Below, piece after piece: positions 46,101 through 54,392 of a stretch of DNA of 64,000 nt. Source of the stretch: a virus. The position numbers were made by a program, and so were the translations under genes. The notes under the pieces were generated by a model. That model made no database searches. It was not told the DNA's origin and worked only from the letters and a program-made list of their open reading frames with translations. Each line of letters begins with the position of its first letter. Positions within the stretch are counted from its first letter, which is position 1. The stretch is taken from positions 64,001 to 128,000 of the IMG/VR virus record IMGVR_UViG_3300032334_000315; one strand, written 5' to 3'.

Positions 46101-46646
46101 TGCAATACCATATCCTTCAGCTGGATATTGTGCAGTTCCTACAATCGTATTTGCGACAAGGCCGCTGCCGTCTGTAGCGATAAGAATTTCGTTGTTGGTA
46201 AAATACTTTCTACCGCTGCTATTAGCTGATTGATATTTCAAAAATAATGTTTTTGTGTGTGGTGTGTTAGCTTCGGAACCATCATTACTATTTACAACCA
46301 ACGCGGTAACACCGGATGTGGAACCACGGAGTGTTTTACCAATAAATAAAGATGGTGTAATTGAAACACCTGTGCTAGTTTTATCACGAAGGCGGACATA
46401 AGTATACATTACGTCAAAGTTCATTTCGAACCCACGCACCGTAGAACCTTCTCTAAAAATATGTTCAGCAAAACGATCAATCTGATTTTGTAGGATCGTT
46501 TGCATTTGAGTCAGTTCACGGGCCTGAACTGCTAGTCCTGGACGAAAAAGGATTCTATGATAGTTCTTTGCCTCATCAAAATCATCGTAGAATGGATCTA
46601 CGTTAAAGTTTGTTGAGAGCGTGACGGAATTTGCTTCTCCAGCCAT
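40125..46646 (-). CDS. giant VrlC-like (DUF4815-type) virion/baseplate protein
   Basis: NVDPFYDDFD...ILFRPG.AVQARELTQMQTILQNQI; YTMRDIG..RI.RLEYYTSL; RFKNGILVD. Confidence 0.88.
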   Translation of the reverse strand: MAGEANSVTLSTNFNVDPFYDDFDEAKNYHRILFRPGLAVQARELTQMQTILQNQIDRFAEHIFREGSTVRGFEMNFDVMYTYVRLRDKTSTGVSITPSLFIGKTLRGSTSGVTALVVNSNDGSEANTPHTKTLFLKYQSANSSGRKYFTNNEILIATDGSGLVANTIVGTAQYPAEGYGIAANFNAGIVYAKDHFIRVPAQTLVLSKYDKTPSVRVGFDIVESIISEVDDSTLLDPASGSYNYAAPGANRLKLVVDLKKVDIDATVSNTFIELMQVKNGIVQSISNRTQYSKIRDYLAQRTVDESGDYVVSGMGVTIKEHLKVGNNQGVYTSSEGGLSTKLVAIVEPGKAYVKGYDNENIVSTRISFNKATDYSSVQSAKALIDYGNYLIVDCVAGKWDLNGLSLVNLKDNQSNSVTRLEYSTTWPSGGAKGATIGTARVRGLEYLSGTPGAPNALYKMYLTDIKMAAGKSFTQVQGVAYSANTPGKADVRYLSANTVDSATDRAIFRLPTIATKKLRDATGVVNNDFEFYKTFTQTTDTSGVATLNTGDDNQTFDGGGSYLSQSARRTDFHAVVTSAANTVAVGSVSITSGANTVTGAGGSGFTTKINVGDVLHIGLAGDLIVSAVNSDTSLNVLGTAAATVTSGKYYKKFISGQVVDLGGYGGNGARTVQISSSPARGATINLNETFNTTGVPLNIVAHVNQIDGQEAAKVIARNRLVQIRIGAGGGTSYTANTTGPWPLGMSDGFKLVSVRKKSSSNFSTTTEGTDVTNDFILDTGMGDNYYDHARLKKKSSSSLSISSGDRLLVTFDHFTHSHSSGVGYFSVDSYPVNDSTAGTDTSKMYTYDIPVYVSPTSGIAFDLRDCVDVRPRIADTANSVTALTNISINPLTSTTFYNPTGCLKFPPTGQDFTTDADYYLKRIDTVAVTKAGIFNIVRGVPDSRPAAPAVPEDMMALATISLAPYPSLPVEIARRVNRADLSNNVRKIRNERYTMRDIGNIRDRIDRLEYYTSLNLLEKNTTDLLIPDASGLDRFKNGILVDSFKGYGVANPFDNDTKWTVDSEKGKMRPLMTLDNVALTYTANSSGVVRTNVTPAGISKDQTVIIDLLPSEYVSTRPENGVSGNLAGATITSGSVTATIRNMAYQQITGGRGYGIKLYVENATGNFTAGGSVSISDSTLSGASVSIVSVSNAVPGDLVTLPYSHDVLVTQPYATTTRNCVGTAFLWRGTITITPDSDYWMDTTQRPDVDINIDLNTDNWIWLANAWPTSWNGWQQTFVGTPVLSSSNNRDTDQTLVPQADGSTNVMQNFITQNIFTTPTIEGRTGSQTIATVTNNKQTLGNFVKDVNIQPFMRSRMIIFKIVGMKSSSRIYGFFDGVDVNRYITPLTADEYNSGLKVNGVPTKPTAVEGASLNTGADGSAYGIFRLPSDSSLRFRTGTKRLRFVDNSTNSLVFGQFTTSAETDYSSEGLMAGISDLTLSTKRATISQQLLTEIKNVNQTTTNEVGGQRLVGVIPGDAGDAGPAPGDGGGGGDGGGGGDGGCGGSDDPIAQTMLITALLSNRIQTSGMYLTKLDLYFATKDATLPIIIELREVDPATAYITTRVVPFSRVVVPSADINISDDGSAVTPVYFPSPVYVGDGKEYAIVLIPAGTNPNYNAFTAVLGEKDIITKSRVSEQPAAGFLFTSANQRTWVPVENEDLKFTAYYAKFASSSTGTLVLKNENRDYFTIANTTGAFNKIGELVYGEQLLVGTFSNTKSVNTAGSILCYAQGQTSGATGTITSWSTSAIRIKGNSIGAAFKGGETITIRNTNPTTGVQIGTCTALKSATYPVGRTVYYDVVNYANTKLHIANTAYANSGPANSANRMFFPGMYITGQTNAYTACIVTIDSVSMDNVSLITNLIQPSNTSVGAYAKFASSTSTRDSSFGEIIINDVAELSSPHYILSRSIEANTSASSSTMARNKSAEIQYILNGRNAVASPAIDLRRISLVATRNLISSNTEIGSSEDWVKSGGNSKTRYVTRRVTLADGQDAEDLRVYLAAYIPPGSDVKVYAKILNADDNDLFEDARWIPMSRDTSQGYTGTTRYSSSINKEDYIELTYNMPNFPTTAITDTSGRAINQYGANNTTGYVEYRNSTKARYVRFKFFAVKVVLTADTSTNPPTVHELRAIALQR

Positions 46647-46658
46647 GATACCTTCCGA

Positions 46659-48251
46659 TTAAAATTTGAGTACTAGCTTAATGTTTTCTGTTTGGTCACC
46701 AGCGCGTTCAACTTTTTCTCTATACTCAGTATATAGTATAAAGCCAGTGTTGCGCTGTAGAGCTGGTCCGATACGCGAGACTACGGTAGCAGTGACACCG
46801 GTGGTACCACCTGTAACAGTTTCGCCTGCTAAGAATGTACCACCTGTACCATTTGTCGTCTCGCGGATCACGCGCACGATGCCTTTAGTTCTTGATGCGT
46901 TTGTATTTGCAAAATACACATTTCTAGCTTTAGCACCTGTCGATAGGCCCGTAATAATCTCGTCTGCTTGAAAATCGCCATTGACGCCAGAGACAACAAT
47001 TCGTGTGCATTGGTCAATGACAGATGCGTTAGCAGTTCTACCATCAGCAAGCAATGGATCACGCATTAGTCCGATGATACGGAAATCATTGTTTGATGCA
47101 AACGTGTTAGCTTCCGATCCAATTAGATTCACGTTAATCATTACATTATAACCGCGCAACTCATCAACGGGATCTGATCCGTGACCACCGATTGGAGGAA
47201 TAATCGCATACGCACTTGCGCCTGAGCCATACAATGGATTACTACCGAATGATACGTTAGCTTGCGAGTAGTCTTCACCATTTTGAATTACCGTGATTTT
47301 ATTGATAAACCCACCAGCACAATTTGACACATAGGCCGATACTCTGGTTCCAACTGATCTACCACTATCACCGCGAACAATCACACGAGGAGAAATATAG
47401 TATTCGCTTGTAGTGTCTGGTATTGTGGTAAACGCATTATTTACAGTCAGAATTCTAGTTGCGCCTCTGTAATTCGTAATCGTTCTAATTTGACCAGAAC
47501 CAGTTCCAGCTCTAATGAATAAAGAAGAACCTGCATATGCGCCATCAAGATTTGTAGCACTATCTTTCAACACAAACGATGTTGCATTAGTCACAGTGAG
47601 AAAAGTATTTGAATTGCATAGATAATTGCTGCCGGTATTACTCACAAGGATGGTATGAATCGCACCATTAGCCGCATTATCCTGAACTGTCCACTGTGCG
47701 CTGCTATCTTGACTCTGTAACGTCTTAACTGGCATCCACGCAGGAGTCAAAAACTTTAGTGCTTCGCCAGCTGAAATGGTATACAGATATTTCCAACGAT
47801 AACCATCGGCCGTTGATATAATTGTAGTACCAGTTCCAGTTGGCTTAACTGTTGACGGACCATACTTATTATTGTCGATGACTTTATATACGTTATTTTC
47901 ATTTGTTAACACATAGTAATTGTGTTCTTGGATCGTATGATTTATATAAAGTTGTAAATTCTCTTGGTCATCCCACTCATCATAAACTGTACCTGATGTC
48001 CAATCGTAGCGCGGCACCACATGCGAAACATCCGATGGTTGAATACGCTTGACCGACATAATGTCGCGCCACTGATTATAGTATGTTTCTTGATATGTAT
48101 CCGTTGGATTTGGTGGATCAACTTCATTATTCCATGCAAAACTTTTTCCGATAAAGAAAAAGTAATGCGTAGGAGATGCTTCACCAAACGATTCAAAAAA
48201 TTGAATCGCGTTGTGAATCCTGAAATGTGAAGTAATTAATCCACCAGCCAT
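46659..48251 (-). CDS. gp8: baseplate wedge subunit
   Basis: VVPRYDWTSG, VYKVIDN, ADGYRWKYLY, GGHGSDPVDEL, ENIKLVLKF. Confidence 0.85.
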   Translation of the reverse strand: MAGGLITSHFRIHNAIQFFESFGEASPTHYFFFIGKSFAWNNEVDPPNPTDTYQETYYNQWRDIMSVKRIQPSDVSHVVPRYDWTSGTVYDEWDDQENLQLYINHTIQEHNYYVLTNENNVYKVIDNNKYGPSTVKPTGTGTTIISTADGYRWKYLYTISAGEALKFLTPAWMPVKTLQSQDSSAQWTVQDNAANGAIHTILVSNTGSNYLCNSNTFLTVTNATSFVLKDSATNLDGAYAGSSLFIRAGTGSGQIRTITNYRGATRILTVNNAFTTIPDTTSEYYISPRVIVRGDSGRSVGTRVSAYVSNCAGGFINKITVIQNGEDYSQANVSFGSNPLYGSGASAYAIIPPIGGHGSDPVDELRGYNVMINVNLIGSEANTFASNNDFRIIGLMRDPLLADGRTANASVIDQCTRIVVSGVNGDFQADEIITGLSTGAKARNVYFANTNASRTKGIVRVIRETTNGTGGTFLAGETVTGGTTGVTATVVSRIGPALQRNTGFILYTEYREKVERAGDQTENIKLVLKF

Positions 48252-48252
48252 A

Positions 48253-48819
48253 TTAGGCGCTTGCTGTATAAGTTACGTTTACAGTGTCGCCGCTTGAAAC
48301 GACCTTATCGCCACCAGTGAATAGACCTACTGAGTAAAGAACGCCAGTTGTGCCATCCTTGGTTGATACCGAGTTCAAGAATGCGCCCTTGACAGTACCA
48401 GAAGAAGTGATAGAGAAAGAAACCGCAGCCGATGTGGCCTTAGATCCAGACGATGCGGCTGACCATGATGGAGTTGGGCGCGCAGCCTGTGAATATGTTG
48501 GGTTATAGGTAGCGCCAGCTTCCAACCAACCTGTGTGTGATGACATTGTGTCACCAGCAGCCACGGCTGTGTAAGATGTGGAGCTGATTAGGCCCATGTA
48601 CCAAGCAGCGGTATAAGCGGAACCAGCTAGATACTTGTCTAGGAGGTCATTCTTACCAACTGTGGTTACGAGATTTGAAAACTCATCTGACCACTTTACA
48701 TTACCATCTTCGTCAACGCATGAGACCATGTAGAAACCGGTTACGTTTACGTCTTCGTTCATACCGCCGCCACGAATAACGGAAGCGTCTGTCATAATAT
48801 TTGCATCAATCTTTTCCAT
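48253..48819 (-). CDS. putative structural protein
   Basis: [30 protein letters not shown]; has its own late promoter. Confidence 0.65.
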   Translation of the reverse strand: MEKIDANIMTDASVIRGGGMNEDVNVTGFYMVSCVDEDGNVKWSDEFSNLVTTVGKNDLLDKYLAGSAYTAAWYMGLISSTSYTAVAAGDTMSSHTGWLEAGATYNPTYSQAARPTPSWSAASSGSKATSAAVSFSITSSGTVKGAFLNSVSTKDGTTGVLYSVGLFTGGDKVVSSGDTVNVTYTASA

Positions 48820-48867
48820 CTTTTTCTCCTCTGATTAATGGAATTTGTCTAAGCTATTTAGCTTACC

Positions 48868-48875
48868 TATTTATA
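48868..48875 (-). promoter_or_regulatory. T4-type late promoter TATAAATA (second CTAAATA at 48855-61)
   Basis: TATTTATA in the gap downstream of gp7. Confidence 0.75.
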
Positions 48876-48877
48876 TA

Positions 48878-51800
48878 TTATCCCACGCTGTAAGCAAATG
48901 TCGCGTTGGATGTGACTGGAACATAATTTGTGCGAAGCGTCAAGAAGGTATTTGAGAATATCGCATTGACTTGATATGTAGTCGTGCTGCCGCTGCCTAT
49001 GGCCGCTGCTATTACTGTTGTTCCTACGCCACCAACTTGAATGTTTCCTGTGTTTGCTCTAAGCGCATTGTTCGCAAACCACGGAATACCTTTTGCGATA
49101 CGTACCAGGCGTGGTGTACCATTGAGTGCGTCGATAACAAATGGGTCGTAAGCTGATATTGTAGCTGAGTCGTAGAAGGATGCGATATTGTTGGCCATAG
49201 TAACCTGAACATAAGTTCCGTTGACCAAAATAATTTTGATGGCCGATGGTGCGTCTGAAACTGCGGTATTTGCTGTGCCGTCTGCTGGATATGTGCCGAT
49301 CGCAGTCTGTATATGTGTGGTCGTAACAGGTTCGGTTGTTGATCCTGGATATGTGCCGATAGCAGACTGCTCATCACTGGTTGCAATGCTTTCATCAGAC
49401 GTGCCTGGATAGATACCGGTACCACCAAACGAATCAGTTGTGGCAACATTAGCTGTACCGAGACCAAGGAATCTGACAGTGACAGACGGATTACCATTTG
49501 CTGTAGCCACTTCTGGACCAACAGCAACGTCCTTAGACACGAATGCGGCAAGAATTTCATTAGGATTAATCTCATTACCCAATGATGAATCGGTCGTAAT
49601 CTTAGTGCCAGAAACAATTTCAGTTGCATATACTGGTTCAAGATTTCTGACATTGTGGATGTTAGAACTGGACTGTGCGAGCGTGAATGGCAATGAAGCA
49701 CCAGAACGAATGGTATAAGTACCAAACATTTTTGTGCCAGCTGGATGCACCAAGTTTTTGATAATCTCACGGTACTTATTAACAAGCTCATTTATCTGTA
49801 CAACGTATGAGAATTCTTGATAATAATAGTTGTCTTGGATCTTATTGTTCCAAGACAAAAATCCTTTGGTATCTGTGTAGCGACCAGGCAGATTCTTAAC
49901 ACCAGATACTAGTGGTGCACCAGCGCCATTGAATGTTGTCTTTAATTTACGGTATGTGGTACCACGATTGCCTGGTGTGGCCTGAATGATGACACTATTG
50001 CCTTGCGTTACGTTTTGAATTGTAGCAAGTTCGTTTCTATTGAAGTTGGCGCCAGTAGATGTGAGAGCAATACTCACAATTGAACCAGGAGCATAGTCGG
50101 TACTTACGGTAGCATTTCTACCAATAAATCCGCCAAAACCGTCGTCGATGTTTAGAATTGATGTGGTATCATCAACAATACGAATCGTTGGTAATGTCTC
50201 ATAGTTATATCCAGGATTGATAATAGAGATAGAGTTGACTGAATATGTTCCTGTTGTAGAGAATGCAAATGCTGTCTGTAGCGTTGAATCTACATTAGCC
50301 GCAGCAAGACGAATATATGCATCAGCGCCAGGAGCAACAAAACTACCACCAGGTCTAAACACAGACACAAAACTCGTATCACTTATAACCGTATGAACAC
50401 GAAGCGTATTTGCTTGCCCAGGAATACGCACCAACAATCCTGGCTGTAGTTGTGTGCTAAACGATGTACCTATACCAAAAACTGTATTTGATGTGGACGA
50501 AAATGTCAATCTACCAGTTAATTTAGATGAGACGGTAGCTGTGTTTGATCCCATCGACACAAAATAGTTTGGTGCACCAATCATAACTTCGGCCATAGGA
50601 CCGATAGGATCACTATTAACCGCAGTGCTTACGGGTGTGAGTGTCCATGAAGCAATACGAACATCTAGACCTTCACCAGATCCACCTTCAACGATAATTT
50701 CAGTATGTTCTTTGGTATATCCAGAACCACCGTCTGTCAATACGACTTCAACGGCACTCTTATTGCTTACTTGCTCGATGATACCATATGCTGGCTCAGT
50801 TGACGCGGCACCGTTGATTTCAACAAGGTCACCTTTTTCGTGATACGAACCACCGGAAGAGTGATAAGCACCACCCTGTAGAACATTAATACCTGTCAAC
50901 GAACCGAGCTGATTATTAATCGTAGCTGTATTGCCGTATTGATCCGCAACAACCTCACCATCGACAAATAATCCTGATATGGCTTGAATTGTTAGGTCGT
51001 ACACCAAAATACCAGATGCTTCAATGACTTGAATATTTTCTACGCGAGCGACTGCGCGAGATGTTAAACCTGTTATTGTAGTGCCAGTCATAACTGTTGG
51101 TACGTTATTATATGGCGTACCAACACGAACAACAGTTTCTCTTACCCAACGGCCATCAGATGCGCGAAGGACGTCTTGACCAGGATAATAAAACTCAATT
51201 TCTTTGTTGAACATTGCACGGAAAATTGTACGAAAAGAATCGTCAGAACCGCGTGTTCTATAAAACTCTCTGATATATTTTGTCATCAAACGTTGGTCAG
51301 CCATAACATATTTTGGTATGTTTGGCATAAATTCGCGTCTAAAATATGCGATGAACGTATCAAGCGAACGATCTACGTCTTGATTATCAGGCAATCCACG
51401 AATAGCATCAATTGCCATTCCTTGCTGCTCAGCAAACTGGTAGTAACCCTTTAGAAATGAAACAAACTGTGGACCATCTTCACGAATGAACCCAGGGAAT
51501 TGCATTTCAATCTTAGGTGAAATTTTACGATATACGTTTTCAGCACCAGATATTACATGGTTTTCATATACAGGATAATCAACCAGATTGACAGATTCAA
51601 ATATGTCAACAGGAATAACACGAACGAATAAGTCTGTGGCAGTTACGCTTTCGGATATGTTTGCTGGGTATATACCTGCACCAACTTGCGTTACCGCAGC
51701 CGTCATCGTTTCAACAATGTTGGTTATAACCCTAGGTGTATCGGTGAGAGAGACGTTTGCCGTACCAGCAGCAAGTGCAGTTACTAGAACAGACTGAACA

Positions 51801-51964
51801 CTGTTGGCAACCGCACGTTCTGAAACGCTTAGATTCCAAACAGGTCCGCCCTGTACGGCCGAAAGCGCGACATTTGCTGTGATTTGAACGCCAGCAGTCC
51901 ATGTTGCAAATGGATCTGCTGAAAGTGTTAAAAATTCTCCGACACTTACTGTATATGTTGCCAT
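48878..51964 (-). CDS. gp7: baseplate wedge initiator (gp7-like)
   Basis: QFPGFIRED..FVSFLKGYY, FYRTRGS, LRASDGRW, IQDNYYYQEFSY, LVHPAGTKMFG. Confidence 0.8.
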   Translation of the reverse strand: MATYTVSVGEFLTLSADPFATWTAGVQITANVALSAVQGGPVWNLSVSERAVANSVQSVLVTALAAGTANVSLTDTPRVITNIVETMTAAVTQVGAGIYPANISESVTATDLFVRVIPVDIFESVNLVDYPVYENHVISGAENVYRKISPKIEMQFPGFIREDGPQFVSFLKGYYQFAEQQGMAIDAIRGLPDNQDVDRSLDTFIAYFRREFMPNIPKYVMADQRLMTKYIREFYRTRGSDDSFRTIFRAMFNKEIEFYYPGQDVLRASDGRWVRETVVRVGTPYNNVPTVMTGTTITGLTSRAVARVENIQVIEASGILVYDLTIQAISGLFVDGEVVADQYGNTATINNQLGSLTGINVLQGGAYHSSGGSYHEKGDLVEINGAASTEPAYGIIEQVSNKSAVEVVLTDGGSGYTKEHTEIIVEGGSGEGLDVRIASWTLTPVSTAVNSDPIGPMAEVMIGAPNYFVSMGSNTATVSSKLTGRLTFSSTSNTVFGIGTSFSTQLQPGLLVRIPGQANTLRVHTVISDTSFVSVFRPGGSFVAPGADAYIRLAAANVDSTLQTAFAFSTTGTYSVNSISIINPGYNYETLPTIRIVDDTTSILNIDDGFGGFIGRNATVSTDYAPGSIVSIALTSTGANFNRNELATIQNVTQGNSVIIQATPGNRGTTYRKLKTTFNGAGAPLVSGVKNLPGRYTDTKGFLSWNNKIQDNYYYQEFSYVVQINELVNKYREIIKNLVHPAGTKMFGTYTIRSGASLPFTLAQSSSNIHNVRNLEPVYATEIVSGTKITTDSSLGNEINPNEILAAFVSKDVAVGPEVATANGNPSVTVRFLGLGTANVATTDSFGGTGIYPGTSDESIATSDEQSAIGTYPGSTTEPVTTTHIQTAIGTYPADGTANTAVSDAPSAIKIILVNGTYVQVTMANNIASFYDSATISAYDPFVIDALNGTPRLVRIAKGIPWFANNALRANTGNIQVGGVGTTVIAAAIGSGSTTTYQVNAIFSNTFLTLRTNYVPVTSNATFAYSVG

Positions 51965-51965
51965 C

Positions 51966-53867
51966 TTAGAAGTTATTTAACCTTCCGCCTGGAATTACAG
52001 ATGATTGTGTTTGACCAATCGTTTCGATGCTCGTCACGTTAGCTACTACATTTCCAGAAAGATCATCAATAACTTGCACTTTTGATTGTGCCATTAGCAG
52101 AATTTGATTTCGAATAGGAACAATGTTTGTTGTTGTTGGCGCAGCAACAATTGAAATTGTATCACCAATAAAATCTTGTGGTAAAAACGATATTAGAGTT
52201 ACTATACCTTTTTCATAATTAACTGTTCCAGCATTATACGATAGATAATTTCGCGACAAAACTTCAGCGGTTGTGTTTTCAGCAATCGGATAATAAATTT
52301 GAAGTGTGCCATATCCATTATCGTCAAAATAGCAATTTGGATATCCTTTGAAGGTAAATGGTGATGATGTGATGGTGCCCAAACTTATGTTATTTGGAAT
52401 ACCGTCAATATAACCACCAAGGCCTTGAATGGGATGATTGAATCTTAGTGTGTATGTGCTTGGTGTTGTCAATGATGGTATGAACATTTTTTTGGTACGG
52501 ATTGTGGCATCTGATGTTGTTATGGCGTCATCTGCACTGTCAATCATTTCCAAAAATTTAGAGAAACGAAAACGCTTACCGAACGTATTTAATTGTGTAG
52601 TTTCATAGCTTTTAATTTTTCTCGCAATTTTATCAGCAAGTTCGCCTGGTGTGAGTGTGGTTCCGCGCAGGTCCACGCGAGAGATCACGCTCGGTATCAC
52701 ATAGAGATATGTTGGGTCTACCATTTCAACGTCGATTGATTGTACGTTATATTTTTTAAGATTCAATCTAATCGTATCTTTGCGATTTGTTGAAAAAATA
52801 TTACCAATTTTTGGTTTCGCGCACACAAAAACTTTACCATATATTGGTGGACTATTGTCTTCACCACCCCATGTGCTAATAGCTTGAATGTCTGGATTAT
52901 CGCGCAAAAGGATACGCTCATAATCGTTATTGATAACGGCACGATTTTGTGTTTCATATGCTAGTGGCGCATTACGACGCACCGACTCAATATTTTCTAA
53001 TGCTGCTCCACCAGACGCACGGCCTATCGGTGAAATATAGATGCTTGATTGACCAGCAATCGTTGAATCAATCAAACTAAAATTCTTAACACCATTGCAC
53101 GTTTCACCATTACAGACTCGGTATGATATTTGCACAACGCTTGATGTATCTGGATAATAACCAAACACGCCGTCACCAAATGCTACCTTATATTTGTATC
53201 CGCGATCCGCTTCGACATAATAAATTTTTGAACTTGAATTAACTGTTAGAATGTCGTCTGCGCGTGTGTACGTTTGCGTATTGCCTGACATAGTTACAGA
53301 TACGGTTATGCTTGATGTATCAACATTTTCGTTTGGCAAAACAAATGAGGTATTTGATGCGCGATTGAAAAGGAATCTATGCGTCAGTGGTTCACCTTCT
53401 GTGATATTAATATATCCAGAAAAACCACCAACAGAGTTGGCAGTGATTGTGTACGTCTGTGGTGTCACGAATTTAAATGCTGTGCCATTGACGGATGTAG
53501 TGAATCTGGTATTCTTAGGAATTGTTATTGAGCGGAATGTCGCATTGGAAAAACTGTTGGTAAAAATAATTTGCAGATTGGCTGTAGCACCACGCGCAGA
53601 CGACGGAACATATCCTATTGCTTTAGCTCGTGATACCACGCTATCGTAAATTTGTGCGCTATCAAGAAAACCTTCAGTTGTGGCCATATTCGCATAGAAA
53701 GCCTGATAATATGTGTTGTACGCAAGAAGATCAATCAGTGTACCAATAGCCGAATCTTGGAAATCGTAGTCGGTAAATTCTGGCTTTGCGGCCATAAAAT
53801 TGCGTAGATTAGCGCGAATTGACGCGAAGTCTAATCCTGTTACAATGAGATCAGTATTAGCAGCCAT
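51966..53867 (-). CDS. gp6: baseplate wedge subunit
   Basis: LDFASIR..L, LLAYNTYY, FLDSAQ, FGDGVFG, QNRAV..DY, WGGED. Confidence 0.95.
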   Translation of the reverse strand: MAANTDLIVTGLDFASIRANLRNFMAAKPEFTDYDFQDSAIGTLIDLLAYNTYYQAFYANMATTEGFLDSAQIYDSVVSRAKAIGYVPSSARGATANLQIIFTNSFSNATFRSITIPKNTRFTTSVNGTAFKFVTPQTYTITANSVGGFSGYINITEGEPLTHRFLFNRASNTSFVLPNENVDTSSITVSVTMSGNTQTYTRADDILTVNSSSKIYYVEADRGYKYKVAFGDGVFGYYPDTSSVVQISYRVCNGETCNGVKNFSLIDSTIAGQSSIYISPIGRASGGAALENIESVRRNAPLAYETQNRAVINNDYERILLRDNPDIQAISTWGGEDNSPPIYGKVFVCAKPKIGNIFSTNRKDTIRLNLKKYNVQSIDVEMVDPTYLYVIPSVISRVDLRGTTLTPGELADKIARKIKSYETTQLNTFGKRFRFSKFLEMIDSADDAITTSDATIRTKKMFIPSLTTPSTYTLRFNHPIQGLGGYIDGIPNNISLGTITSSPFTFKGYPNCYFDDNGYGTLQIYYPIAENTTAEVLSRNYLSYNAGTVNYEKGIVTLISFLPQDFIGDTISIVAAPTTTNIVPIRNQILLMAQSKVQVIDDLSGNVVANVTSIETIGQTQSSVIPGGRLNNF

Positions 53868-54295
53868 TAGCGAACCCTATTTAAATTGATATCTAGCGAA
53901 ATGTCGCTTAATGAAGCAATTACTTTGAACCGAATCGTAACATTCATGCCGTTGAGGTCTGGGTATGGTAAAACGCTAACAGTATCAACGCCAATATCAT
54001 CCATAATTTTTACACGAGGCTCAAAGTTTTTGAGTGTGGTATTGATTCTGTTTTCCATGTTGGATTGAATAAACGGCGAAAAATTTTCAAACAGTTGTGA
54101 TCTAACATCTCCACCAAATTCTGGTTGAAATGGTCTCTCATACTTGTTTGTTAGAACTAAATTTCTAACAGCCTGCTTTACCGCCTCATCATCCTTCTTC
54201 ATCAAGAGCTTTCCTGTGACTGGATGCTTTCTAAAAGACAGGTCAAAGTCTCTGTAAGATGTTTTATTGAGCGACGATGGTAACTTTTTAGCCAT
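53867..54295 (-). CDS. gp25: baseplate wedge subunit
   Basis: DFDLSF..HP, AVKQAVRNLVLT..YERPF.P.FG, FEPRV. Confidence 0.93.
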   Translation of the reverse strand: MAKKLPSSLNKTSYRDFDLSFRKHPVTGKLLMKKDDEAVKQAVRNLVLTNKYERPFQPEFGGDVRSQLFENFSPFIQSNMENRINTTLKNFEPRVKIMDDIGVDTVSVLPYPDLNGMNVTIRFKVIASLSDISLDINLNRVR

Positions 54296-54316
54296 TGAGT
54301 TTTTCCTTTTATCTGT

Positions 54317-54324
54317 TATTTATT
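54317..54324 (-). promoter_or_regulatory. late promoter variant AATAAATA upstream of gp25
   Basis: TATTTATT, followed on the minus strand by an AAGGA SD. Confidence 0.55.
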
Positions 54325-54336
54325 ACAAAAAAACTC

Positions 54337-54365
54337 TTGACATCCAGTTATTTTTGCGGTATAAT
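54337..54365 (+). promoter_or_regulatory. consensus sigma70-type promoter oriented antisense to the hub genes
   Basis: TTGACA at 54337-42, 17-nt spacer, TATAAT at 54360-65, upstream A-tract. Confidence 0.75.
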
Positions 54366-54392
54366 AAGGATGTTATAACCGGTCAGATACTA

